A stretch of 64,000 nucleotides of DNA from Escherichia coli (GTDB taxonomy: Bacteria > Pseudomonadota > Gammaproteobacteria > Enterobacterales > Enterobacteriaceae): the NCBI RefSeq assembly GCF_048403405.1, contig NZ_CP183129.1. One strand, 5' to 3'. The position numbers and the translations under genes are program-made. Each line of letters starts with the position of its first letter. The stretch's first letter is position 1. Below, piece by piece: positions 1 to 13,697 of this stretch. The notes under the pieces are model-generated. The model worked only from the letters and a program-made list of their open reading frames with translations. It ran no database searches and was not told the origin of the DNA.

Positions 1-595
1 GGCACTGGTTGCAGTGGCGTGCCATACGCTGGCCGATTTTGTCGGCTTCCTGATTCTTGGCGGGTTGTCGATCATTGCCGCTATCACCTACACCGTGGGC
101 AATCGTCCTTATGGTTATATCGGTCTGGGTGATATTTCCGTACTGGTTTTCTTTGGCTGGTTGAGCGTCATGGGGAGCTGGTATTTACAGGCTCATACAT
201 TGATTCCGGCACTGATCCTTCCGGCGACCGCATGCGGCCTGTTGGCAACGGCAGTACTGAACATTAATAACCTGCGTGATATCAATAGCGACCGCGAAAA
301 TGGCAAAAACACGCTGGTGGTGCGCTTAGGTGAAGTGAACGCGCGTCGTTATCATGCCTGCCTGCTGATGGGCTCTCTGGTGTGCCTGGCGCTGTTTAAT
401 CTCTTTTCGCTGCATAGCCTGTGGGGCTGGCTGTTCCTGCTGGCGGCACCATTACTGGTGAAGCAAGCCCGTTATGTGATGCGGGAAATGGACCCGGTGG
501 CGATGCGACCGATGCTGGAACGCACTGTCAAGGGAGCGTTACTGACTAACCTGCTGTTTGTTTTAGGGATATTCCTAAGCCAGTGGGCAGCATAA
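1..595 (+). CDS. menA: 1,4-dihydroxy-2-naphthoate octaprenyltransferase, C-terminal part (5' end is off the window)
   Basis: The open frame runs from the window edge to TAA at 593-595. It is a polytopic hydrophobic UbiA-family sequence (..NNLRDINSDRENGKNTLVVRLG..). Synteny with rraA supports the call. Confidence 0.9.
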   Translation, partial: ALVAVACHTLADFVGFLILGGLSIIAAITYTVGNRPYGYIGLGDISVLVFFGWLSVMGSWYLQAHTLIPALILPATACGLLATAVLNINNLRDINSDRENGKNTLVVRLGEVNARRYHACLLMGSLVCLALFNLFSLHSLWGWLFLLAAPLLVKQARYVMREMDPVAMRPMLERTVKGALLTNLLFVLGIFLSQWAA

Positions 596-687
596 CTGAC
601 AAATATCAATTAACAATTGATGATTTTGCCAACAGCCTACATAGCGCGATATACTGAAAATTCTCGCAGCAACTGAATGTTAAGCCT

Positions 688-1173
688 ATGAAATACGATA
701 CTTCCGAGCTTTGTGACATCTATCAAGAAGATGTTAACGTCGTGGAACCGCTGTTCTCCAACTTTGGCGGACGGGCGTCGTTTGGCGGACAAATAATCAC
801 GGTAAAATGTTTCGAGGACAACGGGTTGCTGTACGATCTGCTCGAACAGAATGGCCGTGGTCGTGTTCTTGTCGTCGATGGCGGTGGTTCTGTTCGTCGC
901 GCACTGGTCGATGCTGAACTGGCGCGTCTGGCAGTACAAAATGAATGGGAAGGTCTGGTCATTTACGGCGCGGTGCGTCAGGTAGATGACCTGGAAGAGT
1001 TGGATATCGGCATCCAGGCGATGGCGGCAATTCCGGTTGGTGCCGCTGGCGAAGGCATTGGCGAAAGCGATGTCCGCGTCAATTTTGGCGGTGTCACCTT
1101 CTTCTCCGGCGACCATCTTTATGCCGACAATACCGGGATTATTCTTTCTGAAGATCCGTTGGATATTGAATGA
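688..1173 (+). CDS. rraA: RNase E inhibitor RraA (formerly MenG)
   Basis: The 161-aa [31 protein letters not shown]... is recognised as RraA. A terminator follows it. Confidence 0.95.
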
Positions 1174-1176
1174 TAG

Positions 1177-1202
1177 AAAAGGCACCGCAAGGTGCCTTTT
1201 TT
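1177..1202. terminator. Bidirectional intrinsic terminator between convergent rraA and zapB
   Basis: The hairpin is aaaaggcacc-gcaa-ggtgcctttt. It has A-runs and T-runs on both sides. Confidence 0.8.
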
Positions 1203-1257
1203 CTGCGTTACCTGTTGGCCTACACAGTAAAGAAATTACGCGAAAGATGAAGCGTAA

Positions 1258-1551
<294 letters not shown>

Positions 1552-1807
1552 TTACCGGTGACGCCTTAATAAATACGAGCGCACTTTAGTTAGCTCCGAT
1601 TGTATGAAGCCGCGCCATCGCTGTCCAGCGGCACGCCTTGCAGATTACGGTTTGCCACACTTTTCATCCTTCTCCTGGAGACATAATCCACACCAATCGA
1701 AAATGTTAATAAATTTGTTGCGTGAATGATCTAACAAACATGCATCATGTACAATCAGATGGAATAAATGGCGCGATAACGCTCATTTTATGACGAAGCA
1801 CACACAT

Positions 1808-1850
1808 TTTAAGTTCGATATTTCTCGTTTTTGCTCGTTAACGATAAGTT
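1808..1850 (+). promoter_or_regulatory. glpFKX control region with GlpR-operator-like half sites
   Basis: aagttcgata and ttgctcgttaacgataag resemble the GlpR operator half-site consensus ATGTTCGWT/AWCGAACAT. They lie 80-120 nt upstream of glpF. This was read by eye only. Confidence 0.4.
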
Positions 1851-1927
1851 TACAGCATGCCTACAAGCATCGTGGAGGTCCGTGACTTTCACGCATACAA
1901 CAAACATTAACTCTTCAGGATCCGATT

Positions 1928-4304
<2,377 letters not shown>

Positions 4305-4310
4305 TGTAAA

Positions 4311-4342
4311 TGCCGGATGAAGCGTTTATGCCGCATCCGGTA
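4311..4342. repeat. REP element in the glpK-glpX spacer
   Basis: tgccggatgaagcgtttatgccgcatccggta is an imperfect palindrome of the gccggatg...catccggc type. Confidence 0.75.
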
Positions 4343-4438
4343 GTCCTGAATCGTGCGGGGGCAACCCCGCACACATCAATAATCCCGCCCTTCCCCTGTG
4401 CTACACTTCGCGCCATTCCTTACTGCTTAGAGTTTGCT

Positions 4439-5449
4439 ATGAGACGAGAACTTGCCATCGAATTTTCCCGCGTCACCGAATCTGCGGCGCTGGCTGGCTA
4501 CAAATGGTTAGGACGCGGCGATAAAAACACCGCGGACGGCGCAGCGGTAAACGCCATGCGTATTATGCTCAACCAGGTCAACATTGACGGCACCATCGTT
4601 ATTGGTGAAGGTGAAATCGACGAAGCACCGATGCTCTACATTGGTGAAAAAGTCGGTACTGGTCGCGGCGACGCGGTAGATATTGCTGTTGATCCGATTG
4701 AAGGCACGCGCATGACGGCGATGGGCCAGGCTAACGCGCTGGCGGTGCTGGCAGTAGGCGATAAAGGCTGTTTCCTCAACGCGCCAGATATGTATATGGA
4801 GAAGCTGATCGTCGGACCGGGAGCCAAAGGCACCATTGATCTGAACCTGCCGCTGGCGGATAACCTGCGCAATGTAGCGGCGGCGCTCGGCAAACCGTTG
4901 AGCGAACTGACGGTAACGATTCTGGCTAAACCACGCCACGATGCCGTTATCGCTGAAATGCAGCAACTCGGCGTACGCGTATTTGCTATTCCGGATGGCG
5001 ACGTTGCGGCCTCAATTCTCACCTGTATGCCAGACAGCGAAGTTGACGTGCTGTACGGTATTGGTGGCGCGCCGGAAGGCGTGGTTTCTGCGGCGGTGAT
5101 CCGCGCATTAGATGGTGACATGAACGGTCGTCTGCTGGCGCGTCATGACGTCAAAGGCGACAACGAAGAGAATCGTCGCATTGGCGAGCAGGAGCTGGCA
5201 CGCTGCAAAGCAATGGGCATCGAAGCCGGTAAAGTATTACGTCTGGGCGATATGGCACGCAGCGATAACGTCATCTTTTCTGCCACCGGTATTACCAAAG
5301 GCGATCTGCTGGAAGGCATTAGCCGCAAAGGCAATATCGCGACTACCGAAACGCTGCTGATCCGCGGCAAGTCACGCACCATTCGCCGCATTCAGTCCAT
5401 CCACTATCTGGATCGCAAAGACCCGGAAATGCAGGTGCACATTCTCTGA
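4439..5449 (+). CDS. glpX: Class II fructose-1,6-bisphosphatase
   Basis: The protein is 336 aa (MRRELAIEFSRVTESAALAGYKWLGRGDKN...). The start was trimmed from 4310, because the longer ORF reads through the REP. Confidence 0.95.
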   Translation: MRRELAIEFSRVTESAALAGYKWLGRGDKNTADGAAVNAMRIMLNQVNIDGTIVIGEGEIDEAPMLYIGEKVGTGRGDAVDIAVDPIEGTRMTAMGQANALAVLAVGDKGCFLNAPDMYMEKLIVGPGAKGTIDLNLPLADNLRNVAAALGKPLSELTVTILAKPRHDAVIAEMQQLGVRVFAIPDGDVAASILTCMPDSEVDVLYGIGGAPEGVVSAAVIRALDGDMNGRLLARHDVKGDNEENRRIGEQELARCKAMGIEAGKVLRLGDMARSDNVIFSATGITKGDLLEGISRKGNIATTETLLIRGKSRTIRRIQSIHYLDRKDPEMQVHIL

Positions 5450-5469
5450 GTGATTTGATCGATTGAGCC

Positions 5470-5498
5470 TTCCAGTCCTTCGGGACTGGAATTTTTTT
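5470..5498 (+). terminator. Intrinsic terminator of the glpFKX operon
   Basis: The hairpin is ttccagtcc-ttcg-ggactggaa, followed by T7. Confidence 0.85.
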
Positions 5499-5545
5499 GT
5501 TCGGAGAACGAAGATAAGGCAAGTCAATCAAAACAGGAGAAAAAC

Positions 5546-6292
5546 ATGGCTGATTGGGTAACAGGCAAAGTCACTAAAGTGCAGAACTGGACCGACGCCC
5601 TGTTTAGTCTCACCGTTCACGCCCCCGTGCTTCCGTTTACCGCCGGGCAATTCACCAAGCTTGGCCTTGAAATTGACGGCGAACGCGTCCAGCGCGCCTA
5701 CTCCTATGTTAACTCGCCCGATAATCCGGATCTGGAGTTTTACCTGGTCACCGTCCCCGATGGCAAATTAAGCCCGCGACTGGCGGCACTGAAACCGGGC
5801 GATGAAGTGCAGGTGGTTAGCGAAGCCGCTGGCTTCTTTGTTCTGGATGAAGTACCAGATTGCGAAACGCTATGGATGCTGGCAACCGGTACAGCGATTG
5901 GCCCTTATTTATCGATTCTGCAACTGGGCAAAGATTTAGATCGCTTCAAAAATCTGGTCCTGGTTCACGCCGCACGTTATGCCGCCGACTTAAGCTATTT
6001 GCCACTGATGCAAGAACTGGAAAAACGCTACGAAGGCAAACTGCGCATTCAGACGGTGGTCAGTCGGGAAACGTCGGCGGGATCGCTCACCGGGCGGATA
6101 CCGGCGTTAATTGAAAGTGGTGAACTGGAAAGCGCGGTTGGCCTGCCGATGAATAAAGAAACCAGCCATGTGATGCTGTGCGGCAATCCACAGATGGTGC
6201 GCGATACGCAACAGTTACTGAAAGAGACCCGGCAGATGACGAAACATTTACGTCGCCGACCGGGCCATATGACAGCGGAGCATTACTGGTAA
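5546..6292 (+). CDS. fpr: Ferredoxin/flavodoxin-NADP+ reductase
   Basis: The 248-aa protein (MADWVTGKVTKVQNWTDALFSLTVHAP...) has the RAYSYVN FAD-binding motif. Confidence 0.95.
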   Translation: MADWVTGKVTKVQNWTDALFSLTVHAPVLPFTAGQFTKLGLEIDGERVQRAYSYVNSPDNPDLEFYLVTVPDGKLSPRLAALKPGDEVQVVSEAAGFFVLDEVPDCETLWMLATGTAIGPYLSILQLGKDLDRFKNLVLVHAARYAADLSYLPLMQELEKRYEGKLRIQTVVSRETSAGSLTGRIPALIESGELESAVGLPMNKETSHVMLCGNPQMVRDTQQLLKETRQMTKHLRRRPGHMTAEHYW

Positions 6293-6296
6293 GCGG

Positions 6297-6725
6297 TTAC
6301 TTATCGATAAACGGCACGATGAGCAAATCCGCACTCAACTTATTGATCATCCCGCGATATGCCGGCATCAAACGGTTGATAAATGAGTGGTGATGACCAC
6401 AGACAAGGAGGTCGCACTGCTCTTTTTGCATAATTTCCAGCAGTGTTTCCGGCATTTCTCCGCGTTCAATACGCAGTTTTGTCTTCGGCCATTGAATATT
6501 TTTCGTCAGTTTATACAGCTTGTTATCCGACTTATTCTTCAACAATTGAAGAATATCTTCTGTTGCAGGGAAGTAGATACCCGGATACAACTCGCTTAAG
6601 CCATCATCAATATGAATTAACGTCAGGTGAGCGTCATTATGTCTGGCGAGCTCCAGGGCTTTATTCACCAGTAAGGCATCTTCTTCATTCCCGGAAATTG
6701 CCACGCCAATGTGTTTATAAGCCAT
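6297..6725 (-). CDS. uspD: Universal stress protein D
   Basis: The 142-aa Usp-fold protein begins [27 protein letters not shown]... It is convergent with fpr. Confidence 0.93.
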   Translation of the reverse strand: MAYKHIGVAISGNEEDALLVNKALELARHNDAHLTLIHIDDGLSELYPGIYFPATEDILQLLKNKSDNKLYKLTKNIQWPKTKLRIERGEMPETLLEIMQKEQCDLLVCGHHHSFINRLMPAYRGMINKLSADLLIVPFIDK

Positions 6726-6751
6726 GTTTAACTCCTTCTAAAGCAACTCCA

Positions 6752-7051
6752 TCAAGCTAACGAACGCAGTGATAACTCAAAAATAATCATCTCGGCCTGG
6801 CATGAGAAGGTGAAGGCCGCATCAAGCTCAACTTGCCCTTCCAGATCCTTAATCTTATAGGCCACGCTGGCCCCTTCATCTGCAGAGGATGCAGCGGCGG
6901 CAAGCTCTTTCAGTTTGGTCATAAAGGACTCTGCTTCTTCGCGGGTGGCAAAAAAACGCGAAAACTTACTGGTACAGTTGTCGTTATCAATCACCGTACC
7001 GATATCAATCGCACATCCTTTAGTACTGCATTTATCTACGACATCTTTCAT
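6752..7051 (-). CDS. yiiS: UPF0381/DUF406 family protein YiiS
   Basis: The 99-aa protein ([30 protein letters not shown]...) sits in the syntenic position. Confidence 0.88.
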   Translation of the reverse strand: MKDVVDKCSTKGCAIDIGTVIDNDNCTSKFSRFFATREEAESFMTKLKELAAAASSADEGASVAYKIKDLEGQVELDAAFTFSCQAEMIIFELSLRSLA

Positions 7052-7262
7052 AGGGCACCTCTGTATATTCGCCTCTCTGTCGATTACGACTTAAGAATAA
7101 TGCGCCGTTAAGGGAAGAACAAACAAGTAATGATCTTATGGATTACCATTTTTTTTGATATTGCTTAAGGTGAAGAGTTCAGAAGGATTTTCCGGGCATT
7201 GTCATTTGCATCGTGGAAATAACAATCCCGGAAAAAAATAGCAGTAAGAGATATATTAAAGG

Positions 7263-7703
7263 TTAATTACTTGATTTATTGTCGGCTTTATACTTCACAT
7301 CCTGGGTATCTTTACCATATTTATTTTCGCCTTGTGTGCCAACAAACGCACCAAGATCGATAAGCATCATCACCAGAATCAACGTCGGGACAAAACGCCC
7401 TACCGCCCATTGCCAGACACCCGGTAAAATCGCCCAGTTACCCGCCAGTAGCATCCACGCCACAATCATCAGAAATGCCCATGCGCCGGAACGCCCGCGA
7501 TCATGCAAGCGCTTAACGGTTACTGCCGCTGTTGGCCAGAGCAAGCACACAAGGCAAAACGCCGCAGTCTGAATATCGAGTAAATTTTTACCCGCCAGTG
7601 AGAAAAGCACCAGCATGCCTGCGAACCACAGGCCTATCCAAATCCAGAAATCACGGCGTCCAATACGCCCTTTAAATGAGAATAACCATTGCTGTATGGT
7701 CAT
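7263..7703 (-). CDS. yiiR: DUF805 inner-membrane protein YiiR
   Basis: The protein is 146 aa with the DUF805 opening FSFKGRIGRRDFW and several hydrophobic spans. Confidence 0.88.
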   Translation of the reverse strand: MTIQQWLFSFKGRIGRRDFWIWIGLWFAGMLVLFSLAGKNLLDIQTAAFCLVCLLWPTAAVTVKRLHDRGRSGAWAFLMIVAWMLLAGNWAILPGVWQWAVGRFVPTLILVMMLIDLGAFVGTQGENKYGKDTQDVKYKADNKSSN

Positions 7704-7803
7704 GTAAGTTCCTTGATGGTTGTCTTTTCCAGGATTCTACCCTTTTGACAAGGGCGACAGATATCGTTTTAATCGGAGCCAGTCATAACAAAAGGTACTG
7801 TCA

Positions 7804-8403
7804 ATGAAGCCAGGGTGTACGCTGTTTTTTCTCTTATGTTCTGCATTAACCGTTACAACAACGGCGCATGCACAAACACCAGATACGGCAACGACCGCGC
7901 CTTATCTGCTGGCTGGAGCCCCTACTTTCGATCTCTCCATCAGCCAGTTTCGAGAAGACTTTAACAGCCAGAATCCCAGCCTGCCACTGAACGAATTTCG
8001 TGCCATCGACAGCAGTCCCGACAAAGCCAATCTCACTCGTGCTGCAAGTAAAATTAATGAGAACTTGTATGCTTCTACAGCGCTGGAGCGCGGTACCTTA
8101 AAAATCAAAAGCATTCAAATGACCTGGCTACCCATCCAGGGGCCAGAGCAAAAAGCCGCGAAAGCGAAAGCTCAGGAATACATGGCAGCGGTGATCCGCA
8201 CACTCACCCCATTAATGACCAAAACACAAAGCCAGAAAAAACTGCAGTCGCTACTAACGGCGGGGAAAAACAAACGTTATTACACCGAGACCGAAGGTGC
8301 ACTGCGTTATGTTGTCGCGGACAACGGCGAAAAGGGGCTGACCTTCGCTGTTGAACCGATTAAGCTGGCGCTATCTGAATCGCTTGAAGGTTTGAATAAA
8401 TGA
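7804..8403 (+). CDS. yiiQ: DUF1454 periplasmic protein YiiQ
   Basis: The 199-aa protein has an N-terminal signal peptide (MKPGCTLFFLLCSALTVTTTAHA). Confidence 0.88.
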   Translation: MKPGCTLFFLLCSALTVTTTAHAQTPDTATTAPYLLAGAPTFDLSISQFREDFNSQNPSLPLNEFRAIDSSPDKANLTRAASKINENLYASTALERGTLKIKSIQMTWLPIQGPEQKAAKAKAQEYMAAVIRTLTPLMTKTQSQKKLQSLLTAGKNKRYYTETEGALRYVVADNGEKGLTFAVEPIKLALSESLEGLNK

Positions 8404-8510
8404 CAAAAAGCAAAGCCTTTGTGCCGATGAATCTCTATACTGTTTCACAGACCTGCTGCCCTGCGGGGCGGCCATCTTCCTTTATTCGCTTATAAGCGTG
8501 GAGAATTAAA

Positions 8511-9278
8511 ATGCGACATCCTTTAGTGATGGGTAACTGGAAACTGAACGGCAGCCGCCACATGGTTCACGAGCTGGTTTCTAACCTGCGTAAAGAGCTG
8601 GCAGGTGTTGCTGGCTGTGCGGTTGCAATCGCACCACCGGAAATGTACATCGATATGGCGAAGCGTGAAGCTGAAGGCAGCCACATCATGCTGGGTGCGC
8701 AAAACGTGGACCTGAACCTGTCCGGCGCATTCACCGGTGAAACCTCTGCTGCTATGCTGAAAGACATCGGCGCACAGTACATCATCATCGGCCACTCTGA
8801 ACGTCGTACTTACCACAAAGAGTCTGACGAACTGATCGCGAAAAAATTCGCGGTGCTGAAAGAGCAGGGTCTGACTCCGGTTCTGTGCATCGGTGAAACC
8901 GAAGCTGAAAACGAAGCGGGCAAAACTGAAGAAGTTTGTGCACGTCAGATCGACGCGGTACTGAAAACTCAGGGTGCTGCAGCATTCGAAGGTGCGGTAA
9001 TCGCTTACGAACCAGTATGGGCAATCGGTACTGGCAAATCTGCAACTCCGGCGCAGGCACAGGTTGTTCACAAATTCATCCGTGACCACATCGCTAAAGT
9101 TGACGCTAACATCGCTGAACAAGTGATCATCCAGTACGGCGGCTCTGTAAACGCGTCTAACGCTGCAGAACTGTTTGCTCAGCCAGACATCGACGGCGCG
9201 CTGGTTGGCGGTGCTTCTCTGAAAGCTGACGCTTTCGCAGTGATCGTTAAAGCTGCAGAAGCGGCTAAACAGGCTTAA
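8511..9278 (+). CDS. tpiA: Triosephosphate isomerase
   Basis: The 255-aa protein ([19 protein letters not shown]...) has the IGHSERR and [11 protein letters not shown] motifs. Confidence 0.98.
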   Translation: MRHPLVMGNWKLNGSRHMVHELVSNLRKELAGVAGCAVAIAPPEMYIDMAKREAEGSHIMLGAQNVDLNLSGAFTGETSAAMLKDIGAQYIIIGHSERRTYHKESDELIAKKFAVLKEQGLTPVLCIGETEAENEAGKTEEVCARQIDAVLKTQGAAAFEGAVIAYEPVWAIGTGKSATPAQAQVVHKFIRDHIAKVDANIAEQVIIQYGGSVNASNAAELFAQPDIDGALVGGASLKADAFAVIVKAAEAAKQA

Positions 9279-9287
9279 GTCTGACAG

Positions 9288-9310
9288 GTGCCGGATTTCA
9301 TATCCGGCAC
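9288..9310. terminator. Hairpin between convergent tpiA and cdh (probable terminator)
   Basis: The hairpin is gtgccggat-ttcat-atccggcac. The flanking T-runs are weak. Confidence 0.55.
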
Positions 9311-9332
9311 TTACTTTCCTTAACTCCTCGCC

Positions 9333-10088
9333 TTAACGCAAAATCTCACACTGATGATCCTGAATTTCCTCGGCTGAAGCACGGTTAAGCGTCAGTAGAT
9401 TTCGTTGTGTCGCCAGCAATACAAATGAGTTATCACTCTGCCGTACCATCGCCAGCCCGTAGCTTCCCATATGTTCCCGCGCCTCAGGTACTTCTTCTGC
9501 CAGCATCATAAATGGACTGCGTTGTACCAGTTCGCTTTCCGTTACCCGACGCGCCAGGTATTCATGCCCGCGCAAACCACCTGGCAGTGGCAACCAGCGG
9601 CTGCTGATGTTCGCCAGATTGTTATCCAGCTGTTCGCGCACATCAGGACGAATACAAGAGATATGAATATGAAAATGGTTTTGCGTACGCCCGGTGCGGG
9701 AGTTGATCGCCAAAGAAACCGCGCGATCGGGAACCGGCTGGCCGTATTTTTTGCTCATAAAATCACGCGCCTGCCAGGCCAACCAAAAGAAGTTCGGCGT
9801 TGAAGGATCGGTCAACAAAGGACTTTCAGTACCGTTAATACGATACGTTGGCATCAACAGATATTGCAGTGGGCCATTAAGATCTTTTAAAACCACGTAT
9901 CCGGCATTGGGTTTGACTTCCGCACATGGCGAAGGATTTTGATTTTGCTGTTGATTGGGCAAACATTCCTCAAGGACAATCTTACGTAATGTATCCGACT
10001 CTTCACCGGTTAATTTCCAGTAACCAATACCGGCAGCCACAACGGCGATAACTATCATCACCAAAAAAAGAAGACCCGCTTTTTTCAT
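9333..10088 (-). CDS. cdh: CDP-diacylglycerol pyrophosphatase
   Basis: The 251-aa protein begins [26 protein letters not shown]. The 315-aa ORF-track version extends into sbp and was rejected. Confidence 0.92.
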   Translation of the reverse strand: MKKAGLLFLVMIVIAVVAAGIGYWKLTGEESDTLRKIVLEECLPNQQQNQNPSPCAEVKPNAGYVVLKDLNGPLQYLLMPTYRINGTESPLLTDPSTPNFFWLAWQARDFMSKKYGQPVPDRAVSLAINSRTGRTQNHFHIHISCIRPDVREQLDNNLANISSRWLPLPGGLRGHEYLARRVTESELVQRSPFMMLAEEVPEAREHMGSYGLAMVRQSDNSFVLLATQRNLLTLNRASAEEIQDHQCEILR

Positions 10089-10194
10089 CTTTTTTTCCCT
10101 GTACCTCAAAGAGATGCAAGGGTAACGCAAAATCGTGACAAATAAAAAACCCGGTCGCGAGAAACCACCGGGTTTGATAATTATCCTGGGGAAA

Positions 10195-11184
10195 TCAGCG
10201 TTTGCTGATCTGATCGAACGTACCGCCGTTAGCAAAATGCTCTTTTTGCGCTTTCGTCCAGCCGCCGAACTCTTCATCAATGGTGAATAACTTCAATTTT
10301 GGAAACGCATTTTCGTACTTTTTCGCTACCTCAGCGTCGCGCGGACGGTAGTAGTTTTTCGCGGCAATTTCCTGACCTTCTGGCGAGTAGAGATATTTCA
10401 GATAGGCTTCCGCCACCTCTTTGGTGCCTTTTTTCTCGACCACTTTATCGACCACCGACACGGTTGGCTCTGCGAGGATAGACTCACTCGGCGTAACGAT
10501 TTCGAATTTATCTTTCCCCAGTTCATTCGCTGCCAGCAGAGCTTCGTTTTCCCAGGCGATCAGTACATCGCCAATTCCGCGCTCGACAAAAGTGTTAGTG
10601 GAGCCGCGCGCGCCAGAATCCAGAACTTCGACGTTTTTATACAGTGCCCGAACAAAATCCTGTGCTTTTGCCTGATCGTTGTTGTTGTGATGCAGCGCGT
10701 AGCCCCAGGCTGCCAGGTAGTTCCAGCGCGCGCCACCAGAGCTTTTCGGATTAGGCGTGATCACCGAAACACCCGGTTTAATCAGATCGTTCCAGTCATG
10801 GATCTGCTTCGGATTGCCCTTACGCACCAGGAAAACAATGGTGGAAGTGTACGGTGCGGAGTTATCCGGCAGACGTTTGATCCACTCTTTATCAATCCGC
10901 CCGCGTTCCGCAATCGCGTCCACGTCATAGGCCAGAGCCAGAGTGACAACATCAGCTTCAATACCATTGATTACCGACGTCGCTTGTTTGCCTGAACCAC
11001 CGTGTGACTGACGAATCACCACGTTATCGCCAGTTTGCTGTTTCCAGTGGGCGCTGAATGCCTTGTTGTACTGTTCGTACAATTCGCGCGTTGGATCATA
11101 TGAAACGTTAAGAAGCTGAATATCCTTTGCCATAACGCTGGTTGCCGCCAGCAAAAATGTTAACCCTACGCCCCACTTGTTCAT
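10195..11184 (-). CDS. sbp: Periplasmic sulfate-binding protein
   Basis: The 329-aa protein ([36 protein letters not shown]...) carries a signal peptide. Confidence 0.95.
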
Positions 11185-11347
11185 CGCCCGACTCTCTTAT
11201 GTTGTGTTGTGATGAGCAAAGCGTGCCAGAAGGTTAACCAAACATTAAAGAATAAAAAAAGATTGGCTATAACTTGCGGGTATATGTTGAGGGATTAAAA
11301 AGGCGGAAGAAATCCGCCTCATATTGCTGACAAAGTGCGCTTTATCG

Positions 11348-11449
11348 ATGCCGGATGCGGCGCGAACGCCTTATCAGGCCTACAAAAGTTTGCAAATTCA
11401 ATAAATTGCAGAATTCACGTAGGCCTGATAAGCGAAGCGCATCAGGCAT
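11348..11449. repeat. BIME: two inverted REP units
   Basis: The two units are atgccggatgcggcgcgaacgccttatcaggcctac and gtaggcctgataagcgaagcgcatcaggcat, in opposite orientation. Confidence 0.85.
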
Positions 11450-11503
11450 TTTTGCTTCTGTCATCGGTTTCAGGCTAAAGGAATCTGCCTTTTTCCGAAA
11501 TCA

Positions 11504-12466
11504 TTAATACAGTTTTTTCGCGCAGTCCAGCCAGTCGCCTTTGAACGGACGCTTCATGTTTTCGATAGCGTCGATGATGTCGTGGTGAACCAGCTGTTCG
11601 TTCTGGATACCTACGCAACGACCGCCGTAACCTGCCAGCAGCAGATCGATAGCGTAAGCGCCCATACGGGAAGCCAGAATACGGTCGTAAGGCACCGGAG
11701 AACCACCGCGCTGGATGTGGCCCAGCACAGTTGCGCGGGTTTCACGACCGGTTTCTTTCTCGATGAAATGCGCCAGTTCGTCAACATCACACATATGTTC
11801 GGTAATCGCCACGATCGCGTGTTTTTTACCTTTCGCGATACCCGCTTTGATTTCGTTTACCAGGTCTTCACGGCTGAATTCAACTTCCGGAACTACAACG
11901 AATTCACAGCCACCGGCAATGGCCGCAGCCAGGGTCAGATCGCCACAATAACGACCCATCACTTCCACCACGGAAATACGCTGGTGAGAAGAAGAGGTAT
12001 CACGCAGACGGTCGATCGCTTCTACAACGGTGCTCAGCGCAGTGAAGAAACCGATAGTGTAGTCAGTGCCTTTGATGTCGTTGTCGATAGTGCCAGGCAG
12101 ACCGATGCACGGGAAGCCCATTTCGGTCAGACGCATTGCACCCATGTAGGAACCGTCACCGCCGATAACCACCAGCGCGTCGATACCACGTTTTTTCAGG
12201 TTTTCGATAGCCACGGCGCGGATGTTCTCGTCGCGGAATTCCGGGAAACGCGCAGAACCGAGGAACGTACCACCACGGTTGATCATGTCAGACACGCTGT
12301 AACGGTCTAGCTGTACCATACGGTCTTCATACAGACCCAGATAGCCGTCATAAATGCCCATTACTTCCAGACCTTCTGTCAGCGCAGAACGAACAACCCC
12401 GCGAATTGCGGCGTTCATGCCTGGCGCATCACCGCCGCTTGTCAACACACCGATTTTCTTAATCAT
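11504..12466 (-). CDS. pfkA: 6-phosphofructokinase I
   Basis: The 320-aa protein begins [26 protein letters not shown]. It was trimmed from ORF start 12562. Confidence 0.97.
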
Positions 12467-12646
12467 GACTACCTCTGAACTTTGGAATGCAAAATGAAAT
12501 CTGTTGCCGGAAGTCTTCTTGCACATCGAAGTGATCCAACGAATGTGCAAATAGTATAACAATCACTTCCTGCTGAATTGATTCAGGTCAGGCCAAATGG
12601 CGGTATTTTATACACAAAATGCGGGTCTGGCTCTCTTTTATACTGA

Positions 12647-13549
12647 TTATGAAAGCATAGACCGTTTACCCTCCCTGGGTACGACGGAACAGGGGTCCTG
12701 ATGGATAATCACATCCGATCCCGGAAAACGCCGTAAAATAGCCTGCTCTACCTGATCCGCCACCATATGTGCCTGAACCAAAGGCAGAGAGTCTTCCATT
12801 TCCAAATGAATCTGAATAAAGCGGGTCGGCCCTGACTGCCGCGTGCGAAGATCGTGAGCGCCGCTAACACCCGGCCAGGAAGTCACGATATCAATAATTT
12901 CTTGCCGTTCTTCATCAGGCAATGCGCGATCCAGTAATGACTGTACCGCCTCATATCCCATGCGTAACGCGCTATATAAAATATAGATGCCGATTCCCAA
13001 TGCAAACAGAGCATCGGCGCGATGCCAGCCATACCAGGACAACCCCAGCGCCAGCAGAATTGCGCCGTTCATCATAACATCAGACTGGTAATGTAGCATA
13101 TCAGCCCGCACCGCCTGGCTTTGCGTCCGGCGCACCACCCACCGCTGAAACGAGACAAGGATAATCGTACAAATTAGCGCCACAATTGTCACGATAACCC
13201 CGACGCCTGGATCTGTCATCGGTGTTGGAGATACCAGATGTTGAATACCCGTCAAAAAGAGGAATAGTGCCGAACCGGAGATAAACATACTTTGCGCCAG
13301 CGCCGCGAGGGACTCAGCTTTACCGTGACCAAACGAGTGATTATCGTCGGCAGGTTGCAGGGAATATCGCACCACCAGTAAATTCGTCAACGACGCGCCG
13401 ATATCCACCAGCGAATCCACCAGCGCGGCGAGAATACTCACCGACCCGGTATACCACCATGCAAAAATTTTAATCAGCAATAGCAGCGAAGCCATCGCCG
13501 TCGCAGCAATCGCCGCCCGACTGACCAGCCGTCCATAAGATTGATTCAT
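12647..13549 (-). CDS. fieF: Cation diffusion facilitator (Fe/Zn efflux) FieF/YiiP
   Basis: The 300-aa CDF-family protein begins [36 protein letters not shown]. Confidence 0.95.
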   Translation of the reverse strand: MNQSYGRLVSRAAIAATAMASLLLLIKIFAWWYTGSVSILAALVDSLVDIGASLTNLLVVRYSLQPADDNHSFGHGKAESLAALAQSMFISGSALFLFLTGIQHLVSPTPMTDPGVGVIVTIVALICTIILVSFQRWVVRRTQSQAVRADMLHYQSDVMMNGAILLALGLSWYGWHRADALFALGIGIYILYSALRMGYEAVQSLLDRALPDEERQEIIDIVTSWPGVSGAHDLRTRQSGPTRFIQIHLEMEDSLPLVQAHMVADQVEQAILRRFPGSDVIIHQDPCSVVPREGKRSMLS

Positions 13550-13630
13550 AAATACTCCCGCTATCAACTGACGCTAGTATAACGGAAGCAAATCATCTGC
13601 AATGCATTAAGCAGCAGGCAAATTGAGGAT

Positions 13631-13692
13631 AAAAAAAACCCCCACATCATGTGGGGGAAGACAGGGATGGTGTCTATGGCAAGGAAAACAGG
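13631..13692 (-). ncRNA. cpxQ: CpxQ-type 3'UTR-derived sRNA plus the cpxP intrinsic terminator
   Basis: The segment lies directly after the cpxP stop. Its minus-strand sequence is ...uuuuccuugccauagacaccaucccugucuu-cccccac-augau-guggggg-U8. CpxQ is known to be processed from the cpxP 3'UTR. The 5' end given here is approximate. Confidence 0.6.
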
Positions 13693-13697
13693 GTTTA

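Noticed and set aside
7189-7235. A 9-bp stem (ttttccggg / cccggaaaa) with a 29-nt loop between yiiR and yiiS, considered as a terminator or riboswitch-like element.
   Set aside because: The loop is too large and there is no adjacent U-tract on the relevant (minus) strand. This is not enough evidence for a feature.
11348-11449. Clusters of repeated palindromic units (also at 26165-26290 and 59594-59670), considered as possible CRISPR arrays.
   Set aside because: The units are classic REP/BIME sequences (gccggatgcggcg...cttatccggcctac) in alternating orientation. They have no constant-length unique spacers, and no cas genes are present.
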